A stretch of 64,000 nucleotides of DNA from Adineta vaga. Its lineage: Eukaryota > Animalia > Rotifera. The number at the start of each line of letters is the position of its first letter. Positions within the stretch are counted from its first letter, which is position 1. The notes below the pieces were generated by a model that was not told the origin of the DNA, made no database searches, and saw only the letters and a program-made list of their open reading frames with translations. This document shows, piece by piece, positions 12,501 to 25,660 of this stretch. Location of the stretch: contig CP075497.1 in NCBI GenBank assembly GCA_021613535.1, positions 2,170,001-2,234,000 of the forward strand. The letters are read 5' to 3'. The position numbers and the translations under genes are program-made.

Positions 12501-15500
12501 CGGAAGTTAAGAAATTAGCTTTGACACTTTATTTGGGCGATGCAAATTTGGTACGTATGAAGTTCTTTTAATATGATCTTATTTCTTATCAATAAGTTTC
12601 TAGACTGGTCGTCGTGCTCCACGTGATGAAAATTTAAAATTAGCAAATGTTCAAATAGAATTACTCGAAGCATTATTTCGACAACAAACAGATTCAAGTT
12701 ATAAAGCAATGGTTCGCGTTAAAAACTTCCTTCTCGATGATCTTCGTGAAACTAATCGACCTACTAGTGTTACAAGAATGATGGATAGACATTTTACTGT
12801 TGATCCTAATGCTCATATGCTCATTGCTTCCTTTGAATTCAAACCAAAAACTTCAACAAATCCAATGGCACTTCGACAATGTAAATATAGAAAGAAAAAC
12901 ACTTTCCTCTTTCCTAAGAATTCTTCTTGATTTTCTTAGTGAGTTCACAACTTGAAAGTCTTTATATCTGTATCAGTTTGGATTATCTAATGACATTACA
13001 AGATTTCTTTATCTCTGGTTTACCCACCGGTGGTAATGAAGTCAGATCTCGCACAACAACGCTTACATCTGATGATACTGAATCAAAATTAGATATTGAT
13101 AAAAATCGATTAACTGTTGATCAAAGACCAAGTCGACCCTCGATTGCATTACCAAGAACACCAACACCATCAAAGCGTAATTCATTCTAGTATTATTTTT
13201 ATACAAAAATGAACTTCTTTTTTTTCTCTAAATCTAGCTGTTCCACCTCCTCTACCCTCGACTCCATCAAACGTCGATACAGAAGTTGAAACACGTATTG
13301 ATGTTATCGTCAAAAATCCCGAAGTTATTCTTTTGGAAGATCAACATAATTCCAATTCAAATTGTCTTGTACTTGACGTATGATTGAAAACTAAATTTTA
13401 CATTCAAACATTTTCTCTTGTTCTTGTAGTTAGCCTTACAAATGCGTATGATCAGTGTTGCTGATGATACAAAATTATACCTCTGGTTAAAAGATTTGAC
13501 TGTTTACAGTTCGAATTTTGCCGAAATAAGAGATTCAAAAACTTCTAGTTCAAAGATCAAATATCGCGTAATGATAAAAAACAACTCAATAATAAAATGT
13601 CTTTTTCTTTCGTTTATTATTTAGATTTTACAACCAGCGAAAGCAGATATAATTATGATTATGGATAAAGAACAACAGAAAATCGATGTACGAATCTCAG
13701 ATATTATTGTGAGCATTGCACCAGCTGCAGTGAAAACGTTAATTGCTGTTACGAGTTCATTAGGAACACTTCAAGTAAATCCAAACCTAGTAGAATAGAT
13801 CGAAAAATGCAACTCTATTTCCTTTTGTTTCAGACCAGTGTTCAAGAGGAAAAAGAAAAAGTGAATTCAAAATCATTATTCACTCCAAAACCATTCAAAG
13901 ATGTTGGTTTTTGGTTTACGAAAAGTTTGTTTTTTGTGTAAATTCATCAATCATTTTCTCTTTCGTTTCGAGAATAGATATTGAAGAACAAGAAGCCAAA
14001 ATCGAAACAACGGATATATTAGAAACAGTAACTGGTACACCTTCGATACAAAAAGCAGTGAAGGAAGAAGAAAATAAACTAATTGAAAACGAAGAAAAAG
14101 CTGAAGCACAAACTCTTCTTTTTCAACAAGTAAATCATTTACAAAATATTTGTTTTTCAGAAATTTGATCGGAAATTAATTTTAGTTAATATTAACATTG
14201 GAAACAATAGAATTAAAACTTGAAGTCGGACTTGGTTCCGTGACGAAATCAGTTGTTGCAATGTGCTTTTCAAATCTAACTGCTGATATTAAAAACTGGG
14301 GAACAGACGTATGAAGAAGAACAAACTTTTTCTTTCAAATTTTCACGTTTCTTCTCATTGCAGTTGAGTCTTTCATCAACTGTAAATGTCGAAGCAGCAT
14401 TATTCAATGAACGTATGCTTGCTTGGGAACCTTTAATTGAACCAACAATTGATGCAAGTGGATCAGTTCTTTCGCCATGGTGTATCACTTGTTCCATTGT
14501 ACCGGTACGTTATTCAAAAGTCTTCATAAGATCAGAAGATGTTCGAAATCATTCTCTAAATATCTCTTTTCGTATCATTAACGTTTGTCGATATATAATA
14601 CTTAACAGATACTTGACGAAGAATTGAGACAGGTAAAATGCATATTACAGCTTTTTCTGTTGACAACGTATGTAACAGTCGCTAATTGGAGATTAACTTC
14701 AAGTTCGAATAATTTGATAAATATTTTTTGTATTTTAGACATTACCATCGATGGAACGAAGTGGATCGGTTACTTCACATGAATCTGAAAAGAAAGAAGA
14801 AAATGCATCAGCGCATTCAAAACAAATTATATTTGTTCGTGCTGATCAATTATTGAATATAACATTAACAAAAACAGGTCTTGATTTAGTACAACGATTA
14901 TCCGCTTTATTTAATGATGTTTATAATAAACGATTACCATTTACGGAAGATGATAATCAACCAATGTTATCATTATTTAATGGAACAGGAAAAGATTTAT
15001 TTCTTGATCATTTCGATGGTCTTGAAGTAAGTTTTATCTTTTCTTCTATCTCTAAAAACGTTCGTTTCTTTAAGTTTGCTGAAAATACATCACTCACTTC
15101 ATTAACTCTCAAACCGGATGACTCTATTCCATTAATCGTACCGAATGATCGTCAATCAGCAGCAAGACTTTCAGTTATTGAAGAACAAGATTTCAAACGA
15201 CGACAAGAATTCGGTGTCAAGGTTAATCTCTAAAATCTTGTTTTCTAATACATTTTCGATTTATTTAGATTGGAGATGTGATTAAAACTGTTAGTATCAA
15301 TCGAACATGGAAACGTGTATACGATTTGGGTCCATCAGCCAATCCCGATTGGCCAATTCAAATGCTTTGTGATACTCAAGTACGAAATGATCGTCGTCGT
15401 GTTATCTTAAGTTCAATTGTTAAAGTTTATAATAATACAACAATGCCATTGATCATTCTTTATATTGATTCAATTGATGCAAAGAAATATCATCGATTAG

Positions 15501-18500
15501 GAAGAATTGATGTTAACGATGAATATTATGTTCCAATTGATGTAATTTATACGCATTCGAATTCACCAATATTCATTTCTGTTGAAGAGTAAGAAAGCGT
15601 TGTTTTGTTTTTGACAGAAGAAGAAATAAGTGAAATTGTTTGTTTGTAGAAATGATCAGAATAATGAATTGTTTGATTTCGTTTCGTTTGATTGGGAAAA
15701 AGAATTTCTATCCGAAAGAAATTTGAAATTAAAAAATGGAAAAAATGCGAATTTTGTGGTAAGATTATGAAACTTTCTATTCTTACAACATTCGAATTTG
15801 TTTTTAGATATTCAAAGAATTAACTCAAGCATATTCAGAAAATACTGATCAACTTGATCGAGCAGCTTTTAGTTTATATATTCATCCAGCTCTTCATTTT
15901 ACCAATCTTTTACCAATCGATATTCAATGTTCAATCGATGTAAATCAAAGCTTTCATTTTGTTCTCGTCGAATTTTCACGCTAAGAAAACCATCGACAAC
16001 TCTCATATTTTCAGGTTGAATCTTCTACTAAAAATCTTTATCCTGTTTTTAATCAAATTCATCGTCCTACGAAATATGTTCGTGTATTTTCGCTAGTGTA
16101 GATTATGTCCGTTTCGCAAAATTTATACATGATTGCTTTTTATATCTAAAGAGAATAATTATTCGAATATTTTCTTTTCGTTTAAGAATGTGGAACAAAT
16201 TGATTTGAAACCAAGTGAATTAACTTTGATTACATCGGGTAATAAACAATCGGTATTAACTTTTACGGTAAATTCATTGATGTACATTTTAATTCAAAAG
16301 ATATGATCGTTTGGAATGTTTAGATACCTTCATATAATAATATAAAATGGATATCAGATCCAGTGGATTTGAAAGTTGAAGGAAAAGGTGATCATAATGA
16401 ACATATAATTATGTTTCATAATTCGACGTCAAATTCGGATCAAATCTTGGTAAGAAGAGAAAGATAATGAATTGATATATTGAAAAGATTATTTTAGAAA
16501 ATTGTTTTACGTGTTGATACATTTCATGAATCGTATCGTTTGTTATTATATTCACCATTTTGGATTCTTAATCGTACTGAATTACCATTGGAATTTCAAG
16601 TAGAAAAAACCTGATTTGTCTTTTCAAATTTCCATCATTATTCTTTCATAGATTGAAACTAATCGTACTTTTATTGAAGTATCTCAAACACCATTTTTAG
16701 TTTGTCCTGATAAATTCGAAAGTGATGCAAACAAAAAAGTAATGAATAAACATTGAATCGAACAAATAGCTATTCAAAATATTTCGTAGGGTCAACTTCG
16801 TCTCTATAATATTGATCAAGGAGATAATACAACGAGTTGGTCCGAGAAATTCTCATTGGATGTTATTAAAAATACTGGTATGGCATCATGTAAAGTTCCA
16901 AATGATCGAACTTATATGGTAAACATATAAACAAATGTTTTGTTCTAAGCAAATTTTTATCATTTAGGTTTGTGTGGATATTGCTACTTGTTCGTTTGGT
17001 TTAACAAAAATTGTGACATTGTCACCTTCAGTAGTTATAATTAATAATTCATCAGTAAGTATAGAAAATATCATTTGAAGAAAATTAAATTCGTATTTGT
17101 CATAGGTTGAAGTAGAAGTCGTGGAAACCGTTTCCGACAAAGAACAAGATAAATGGGGTCCAGTGACTTCTGAACAAGTAATGAGATTCTTCTTTTGTGA
17201 ATTGATAAAATCCATTGAATCTTTTTGTTTTCTTCAGATAATTCCATTTTGGCCACATAATATTGAAGAAGGTGTGATGCGTGTTCGTTATACACATAAT
17301 CGTGTGACATCAAGTCCATTTATGATGAATCAAAAACATCGAACACTTCTACGTATGAACGATGAAGAACGTCCAGCGATCTATGTCGAAGTGACAGCAA
17401 CTGATTTCGATGGTATTCGAGTGATTTTTGGTGATTATAAAGTTGGTGATGCACCACTTCTTGTTGTCAATTGTTTGAAAAATGATCCAGTTTCTTTCTG
17501 TCAAATGAATGACGTGTAAGTCAAATTATTTGACTGTATTTATTCGAAAGAAAAAATCTATTTAGACGAGCACAAGTCTTACCACCACAAAACTATGTCT
17601 ATTATACATGGTCAGATCCGTTAAAACCACGACAAATCGTTGTTTCATGCGGTTCAAAAACAACTCAATTGGAATTAAACGTAAGAATGATGAGTAAAGA
17701 TAGTTTAGTGGTTAGAATGTTTGTCATTTAATGAGAAAGTACTTTGTTCGAATCTCACTAAGATAGGCATGCTCACTCTGTGTTCCGTTTATTCAATCGA
17801 ATGGAATTCAATTTTCTCGCATGCAAAAGAAAGTTTTCTACAGAAAATAGGATTGTTTGATAGAATGATATAAAATAATATCAATCTTTTCAGTTCATTT
17901 TCTACAAAGTATAAAACATCATTCATAAGATTGTCTTTTTCCTCTGATATTTTAGCCTCAATGTGGTTTTCTTGGAAAAGATGGTGATCATAATGTTAAT
18001 TATACAACTTTTATCGATGGTATTCAAACCGTTTTACTCTTTTCGGATAATACAAAAATCATTGAAGCAGCTTCCGGAGTAAGTTTCTCTTGTATACTTT
18101 CTCTTGAAAATATCATTATTTCAATAATATAGATGCCATCTTTAGCGGAATCGATGGGTCAACGTCTTCAAATTGGTATACATGATATTGGCTTGTCGAT
18201 TGTCAATGATGTTTCACGAGAAGAAATGCTTTATATAAGTTTAAATAAATCGAAAGTTATTTGGACAGAAATGAAACGATCTCGTTTTCGACCATTATCA
18301 CATGAAATCAATGGACATTTAGAAGAACTTTATAAAACTCATATTGAACAACGTGAAGCTAATCCAGATGATAAAGAACTTTTCAGAAAACGATATCACA
18401 TGGATCAATTTCGAGTATAATCCATTCTTTTCTCGATTTTTTTCTTTTTCAAATGTTTGTTTTCGATTTGAAGGAAATCGTTTTTCGTGGTGATATCGCC

Positions 18501-20738
18501 GAATTGTTCAATGCGAAAGGTCAACGAAAATTAGCAAAACGACAAGCATTAGATGGTCTTTGGATTGAATATGCTTGGTCAGTAACAAGTTCTGCGTTAC
18601 ATATTCGAATTAATCGTGTTCAAATTGATAATCAACTTGAATATACAATGTTTCCTGTTATACTTTATCCAGTCGTTTCCAAAGCAACAGGAACTGATCA
18701 TGCAGAAAAACCTTTTATTGAATTGAGTGTTTTTGAATCGAAAACAAATCGATCGACTGTCATGCAATTTAAATATTTTAAATTACTTATTCAAGAATTT
18801 GCCGTGAAAATTGATCAAGGTTTAATCGTCGCAATTTTAGCATTTCTTCGACAAGAAAAGGTTTCATATTTTCAATAGAAGTTTCAAATGAACATAGAAG
18901 ATTTGTTTTTTTTAGAGTGCGGTAGCGCCAACTATCAATATGGATACAGATTTAGAACAAATCAAAAAACCACTCAATTTAATTATTAAAGCACAAACAG
19001 AAAGTCCAAGTGGTGAAACTGAAATGTATTTTGATAATATTCATTTATCACCATTAAAAGTATTATCTATTCTAATAATTTTATTCAAATAACTAAGTCT
19101 CTATACTTTTCTCTTAAGATTCATGTGAGTTTTTCCATGCATGGATCCAAAGCAAGTGAAGAATTATTAGCAGAATATCCATTAGTAGCCTTTTTATTAC
19201 AAACATTAAATGTTGCTGAAGTACAAGATGTAGTTTTACGGTAAGATAATCTTATAGAATTCTCATGAAATGATTAATTATGTTTAGTTTGGGTTATTAT
19301 GAACGAACACAAGATCGTTATACAATAACGAAATTAACCAATGAAGTTTCAGCTCATTATCAAAATCAATTTATGAAACAATTACATGTACTTGTTCTTG
19401 GTCTTGATGTTCTTGGTAATCCATTTGGTGTGATTCGTGGTTTGGCTCAAGGTGTTGAATCATTCTTTTACGAACCCTATAAAGTAAAATAGCACGAGAA
19501 TATTCGTCTGAATAACTGTTGATTGTTTCATATAGGGTGCCATTGAAGGTCCAATGGAATTTGCTGAAGGTGTAGCAACAGGTGTTCGAACATTAGTTGG
19601 TTCGGCTGTAGGTGGTGCAGCTGGTGCTTTCTCGAAAATTACCGGTGTACTTGGAAAAGGTTTAGCGACATTAACATTCGATGAAGATTATAAAATATCA
19701 CGTATCAGACGAAAAGAACCAGCAACACATGCCACGACTGATATTGCTATGGGTGGAAAGAATGTTGTGATGGTATGTGCAGAAAAATATCGATCAGTTT
19801 GAATATTTTTTTCTTTGTTTTGTAAAGGGTTTTGTTGATGGTGTTACGGGTGTGGTGACTAAACCGGTTTCAGGTGCAAAAGAAGGCGGTGCATCAGGAT
19901 TTATGAAAGGTTTAGGCAAAGGTTTTCTTGGTCTTGTTACACGACCCACTGGTGGTATAGTTGATTTTGCCAGTACTTCATTAGATCTTATCAAACGGTA
20001 AGAAAAGGAAGAAAAATTGTCTATTTGATTATTTCAATCTCAATTCGTTTAGAACTGCACAACAGGAAGAAGTCATTCGTCGTGTTCGTTACCCACGTCA
20101 TGTTGGTCGTGATGGACTTGTTCGACCATATATTTCTCATGAGGCTATGGGATTTTTCATATTAAATGTAAATACCAATCAGAAAAGTTTCAAGAATTGA
20201 TTTATTTTTTTAAATTATATTCTAGAGATTACATGATGGAAAATATGCTAAAATAGATACCTATGTTGCACATATTACTTGTTCAGAAAGTCCACCATCA
20301 TGGTTATTAGCTACTTCAAAGTATAGATTTTCAGATTTTTAGTGCTTTAATATAGTAATTGCTAATGTTAGACGTTTATTATTTGTAACGGAAATCTCAT
20401 TTCTTGGTTTGTATGAAGTCGATTGGCATATTGAATATGAAGAATTAAAGGAAGAACCCGTTGTGAAACCAAATTTAAATCAAATACAAATTCTTACCAA
20501 AGTATTTGAATAGAAGAGACAATGATTTTATTTAATCTCTCTTTCTTTACTTGTTTTAGGAACCAAAGAAAACTGGAACACTCAAATCGACTCGTTCATA
20601 TGGTAAAATGGTGAAATATCGAAACATATCCGAAGCTCGAGTAAAGCACAATTTGATTTATTTTGATTTTACTAACCTCATTTCTTTTAGTACATTGTGG
20701 ACAAAATAATCAATGCAATGCATACAGTCGGTCTATAA
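6503..20738 (+). CDS. VPS13: VPS13 (chorein) bulk lipid-transfer protein, VPS13A/C-like, dozens of short introns
   Basis: [23 protein letters not shown] chorein N-terminus; [11 protein letters not shown]; AWEPLIEP; QIDNQL; [16 protein letters not shown]; [11 protein letters not shown]; [20 protein letters not shown] (ATG2_C-like); stop TAA 20736-20738. Confidence 0.95.
17694..17767 (+). other. Degenerate tRNA-like / Pol III A-box B-box relic in a VPS13 intron
   Basis: TAGTTTAGTGGTTAGAA (A box/D-arm) and GTTCGAATC (B box/T-loop) at tRNA-like spacing; acceptor and T stems do not pair. Confidence 0.4.
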
Positions 20739-22534
20739 AACAGTTATCTTTTATTTAATCCAGCCTTTATTATTGTGCATACGATGTCATTCTTTAGTGT
20801 ATTAACGCGTGTAATCCAGCAATGTGAATGAGAATAACTATATCTAAACATATTATCGGTGATAGAATCACACGCTTTTCTTCTTCTTCTCAGTCAACTG
20901 TAAACGAGCATTTATTTCTTATTTTATTGCCATCAAAATGTTTGTTCATGTTGATTTCCTTTTTTTGTTCTTCATTTATTTTAAAGAAATCATGAGAGAA
21001 ACAATATTTACTCATCTTTACATAATAATCATCAATATGAGAATAAACAGTAAAAGTATGTAGATTATTATTACACAAAATACTCTATCAATTAGATCAT
21101 TAGAAAACAAAATAATAATGAAGTCAAAATTACCTTGAATATATTTTCGATAGAAATCGATGAAATTTACAATGAATATGAATTCTCACAATATTTCTTT
21201 CGAAATAAAACAAATTTAACAACTGATTGTCTTTGCCTTTTAGATCGAGAAGAGACAGAAGATAAAATTGTTGTTGATGAAAAGAGCGTAAGAAAAGCAT
21301 TAAATCATCGAATTTTCAAATTAAATCAATTAAAAGATGTTTGATATTTTTCTTGATAAAAATATTATCTTAAAAAGAGAACAAGAAAGTTTCTATTCTG
21401 AATTTATTTTAATAGATTCTATCCGGATAAAAAAAGAAGGTTTTGCTGATATTTTCCTATCAAATTTAGATCTATTTGTTTTGATTTCCTACGAACTTCT
21501 GATAGCTGACCAACATAAGGACTCGCAGACGTTCGTAGCTTCTATTTTTATCGTGAATCTACGCTGCAACGGATTTGATGAGACTACTTCATTATGAACT
21601 CGTCTAAAACTTATGATACTAAGAAAAGAGTTTTCAAACAAGATGTTCGTTTCATCAATTGTGTTATGCAGACTGACATTATTAGAACATGTACGACGAT
21701 CATTTGTTGGTTCGTACCTATTTAAAATGAATATTACTCATCTTTTATCGATGTATATTTATGTAAATCTAAATATTTTTAATATTGAGAAAGTGAATAC
21801 AGAATTGGGTTTTACAGAAAGTTCTAGTCATCAGATTCTTATGTCTTAATTTGTTGTCAGTGTATCATCTAATCATTAGATTATCTATTAAGAAAATATT
21901 GCTTATCTTACATGGATAGTTTTGCTTTTATTTCGCACATTAAGAACCAAGAGTAGGCACATATATATGCTTCGAGGTATTCGAATCGATTCACAAAGAC
22001 ATGTTAAACTTCGAGAACATCGTGAAAAATTCTCAATTTTGAAATTCTTAAATGTAAGTTATACCGATATGTAAATTAGAGATTGTGATAAAGGAAAATC
22101 TTATTCTATAACTGAAAATAACATATCTATTTTGTGAATACCATCATCTCTAATGCGAAAAGGAAAGTGTGCTCTATAGTCGGATGAAATTCATTTTTCA
22201 TCATTTACATTGTCCACTTCGTTTTAGCATAGATGAATAATTCTTTCGCCGAAACGCAGACAAATAATTCATTATATACATGCACTTTGGCGTTAGACAG
22301 CCTGCTGAATGACTATTTTGTCTTGCTGAACATACAGAAGTTCTTGTTTTTTTGACAAACCTCCAAAGAGTTGAATGAGTCTCTTGTAGTATTACATGTC
22401 TGGGTAGACATGTATTATTCACATCACTGCAGTTGTGTTGATTAACAATAAGTACAATTTTTTGGAACACGCACGAACAAATTTTTTTTATTAAATGATT
22501 TACTCTTTGTCACAGAAAAATAAGCAGACACTTC

Positions 22535-24573
22535 TTAAAATTTCTGTTTAAGACGTTCGAGATTCTCTTTACATTTTTGAAGATGTGGATGACTTTCTCG
22601 TAATGATTGTTGTCCAATCTGTACAGCTCGCTCATAAAATGAAATTGCCTTTAAGCTATCTCCCATACTACAATATACGTCACCCATATTGTTATACGGA
22701 TGAGTAAAATCAGGATGATTCGGTGGAAGGGATATCTGCAACATTTGAACTGCATTTTCAAATAGAGCTAGTGCCTTGGAATAGTCGTGAGTTTTGAATA
22801 GAACTTCACCAATATTGTTGTGAGATGCAGCCAAATGAGTATGATTTGGAAGAAGTGATTGTTGTTGAATTGCAAGAGCTTTTTCATAATGTGAAAGTGC
22901 TTCTGAATAATCACCTATTTTGAAATATACGACGCCAATGCTATTGTAAGACAAAGCCAAATCAGGATGACTCGAAGGAAGTGACTGTTGTTGAATTGCA
23001 AGAGCTTTTCCATAATGTAAAAGTGCTTCTGGATAGTTACCCATGTTGTCATACACATTACCGATGTTATTGTAATATATAGCCAACTTAGGATCTTGAG
23101 GTGAAAGTGTTTTTTCATAGATGGCACGTGACTTATCATACAATCTGATTGCCTCTTCATGTTCTGCTTGATTATCTTTGATCAAACCAAGTTGATGATA
23201 AATTGGTGCCTTGTCACACTCATCATCTGTTTGATTAAGTAACGTTCCGTAAATCTCTGCAGCCTTCTTATTATACCCAATTTAAATAATACTAAACCCA
23301 ATCTGTACCATCCCTCTGCGCCTGGAAAAGTCTCCTCTCGTATGTGCTCAGTGAGTCTATTTAATTCTTCGTCATTATCAGCGGTCAATGTCAAGCTCAC
23401 TTTAAACAGTTTGTTATTTGCATCCATTTGTTCGATATCTTTGATACGGAACACGCTGTGCATTGAAAATAGCACTTCATCTTCACCTCGAATGGCACTA
23501 AGGTCACGAATTGATGCAAATGCGGCGGCTGATTGTTTTGGATCTATTTTCATTATGAAAAGAATCCCCACAAGATCTGGGTTGGCTGCTGCGCTTTGTG
23601 CCAAACAAAGAGGAATATCTTTATCATTGCTAGTGGATAAGAAGCTGTTAAACGACATCAGTCCACCTCTCGAGTGCGCCAGTTCGTTGAAATCTTTTTT
23701 TGATAATCCCTGTCCACGGTACACTGTGAAGATTTCAACAATGTGTTGTTCTTTGTGTACTTGTTCGATGTGTCAATGCAGATCTTTGACGAAGAATCCT
23801 ATTCGTGTCATAATATCACCATCCAACATTCGAATTGCACGATTCAGCATGCGGTACAAGAAACACTCATAAGTGTACCACCAGATGGGTGTTTTCTGAT
23901 AATAGTTGTGCTGCAATAGTTCTACGTTCTTCAATTCTGGGTCATTCTTAGCAAAAACTTCACTAAAATAATCCACATAATCATGAATATGTTTATCATC
24001 GAAGTTAATGGTCAACAAAATCTCTCTTAGGATCTGGGTGTACATGAAAGATGGATCCAATTGATTTAAATTTTTACCGGATGGTACAAAACTAATGGAG
24101 ATAGCATTTTGTTCACATTGCTGTGCAGCTTGTTTCAGAGCTTCACAAATGTGTTTGACTTCTGTGAAAATACCCTTGATTTTGGGCCATTCTTTTGTCC
24201 ATTCTTCGTGTTGTTTTTTGTTCACACAAAAGATAAAAATGGAGTCCACTTGAGACAACTTATGTACTTGAGGTACAATATGTTGTCCAAGTGAGCCTGA
24301 AATGATCATGCAAGCCTTACAGTTTTCGATCGTTTCAATAAATTGGATGCATTGATTGGCATCGGTGTAAGTGTTTAAATCATCGACAATGCATCGAAGA
24401 TGTTTCATTGTATTTTGACAATCTTCATTGTTGTTATCGATATTGCTATCTAACCATACGAGAAGAACATTTTCGATCTTTTGGTTCTCAGGTCGACAAC
24501 GTCTATGTGTTTCTTTTGAAATTTCGTCCGTTTCTTGAACTGTTTTGGTGTTGCTGGATTTGCTAGTTGCCAT
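22535..24573 (-). pseudogene. Intronless receiver-like + NAD:arginine ADP-ribosyltransferase (R-S-E) + TPR repeat gene with premature stop and frameshift
   Basis: Three ORFs join into one protein: in-frame TGA at 23773-23775 (DLH*HIEQ), frameshift near 23275; motifs YRGQ, FLSTS, EDEVLF; kinesin-light-chain-like 42-aa TPRs (HPDLALSYNSIG). Confidence 0.88.
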
Positions 24574-25387
24574 TAATTTTGCTTTTTGATATTACGAATA
24601 TTGTGAAATTTAGTTAATTATTCGAAAGGTCACTAACGATTAAATGACGAAACTATGCTCGTTATGCAGGTATCTACTTTCTTTCTTAGTATTTTTTCCT
24701 TTTCTCGCTCTTATTTATGATATTTCTTTCGAAATCGAAAATAACTGAGGTAACCATGTGTCGACTACTGATAAACAAAGAAAAATAATTCAGCGAGGTA
24801 TTTTTAAAAGTAGTATATTCATCGAAATATAGTCGACGAAAGCACGTGTTTTTATTGTGTTTGGTTGGGTGAAGAAAAATATCCTGACTTCCGTCATACT
24901 TTTATTAAAGAATCGAAAGTCAGAAAAAGAAAGTTTCATAATCTAAATTCATAAATGATATTTATGATACATATGGAATTAGATCTTTCTTCTGTTCACG
25001 TACGCTTCTTTGAACAAATTAGATATTTTGTTTATGTTTTAGATAAGATCAATTCATCGAGGAAGCGAGAGAAAGAATAAACTGAAAGTTAAAACTATAT
25101 TCCACAAAATCTGATTATATTTATAAGAAATAATTATGTCACATCTTAGTTTATATTCAAAAAGATCGTATGTATAAAATATTTTCAGGAACGATACGAT
25201 TAAAACAGCTTGTAAGGAAATCACGAAAGTAAAAAAAAACTTTTCTCTTTCTCATAGAGAAGAATCTTGGAAAAATACACATGTTTCTTTGCTTGTATAT
25301 TCACACTTCAGTGATTAATCCAATAGTACGGTGCAGATACAAAGAATTATTTTGAATAAATTCTCTTCAGAGGTCAATCGTGAGATA

Positions 25388-25505
25388 ATCAGTGTCGATG
25401 AACATGGATCGCTTGAGAGTGTGGGTGTGGGGATGAGAATAAGTAGTCGTTGTCTCTTATACTCGCGCTCACATTCTATATATATAAACATAGTTCACTT
25501 CTGAT
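25388..25505. repeat. Imperfect foldback / MITE-like palindrome
   Basis: Ends ATCAG..TGAACATG and CATAGTTCA..CTGAT are inverted; inner arms AGAGTGTGGGTGTG..GAGAATAAG and CTTATACTCGCGCTCACATTCT pair with G:U wobbles. Confidence 0.45.
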
Positions 25506-25575
25506 TCCCAGTTAATATTCATCTTGTAGTATTGCTCTGTTCCACACTATTTTAAGATGATAGATGCCTATCAGA

Positions 25576-25660
25576 CAGTGACGAACCCAAAGGGGGATTA
25601 TGGGATCGATCTCACCACACACACACCCCGCCCAAAAAAATATTCCTAGTTGCGTCACTG
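25576..25660. mobile_element. 85-bp MITE with CAGTGACG terminal inverted repeats (hAT-like ends)
   Basis: 5' CAGTGACGAACC, 3' GTTGCGTCACTG; G-run near left end and C-run in right half; GC-rich against background; no clean TSD. Confidence 0.65.

Noticed and set aside
17720-17738. Ochre suppressor tRNA (TTA loop)
   Set aside because: Acceptor and T stems do not pair and spacing is off; cannot be a functional tRNA.
21575-21610. Hammerhead ribozyme (TTGATGA-GAC..GTC-TAAAAC)
   Set aside because: Core CUGANGA and GAAA are both broken and stems I/III are not evident.
23270-23290. Programmed -1 frameshift in ART-TPR gene
   Set aside because: TTTAAAT is not in the X XXY YYZ register of the reading frame; an upstream stop also exists, so simple decay is more likely.
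23773-23775. Selenocysteine or readthrough TGA
   Set aside because: Position looks like Arg (CGA) rather than Cys; no SECIS recognised; gene is also frameshifted.
23342-23872. 176-aa plus-strand ORF
   Set aside because: Antisense shadow of the ART coding frame.
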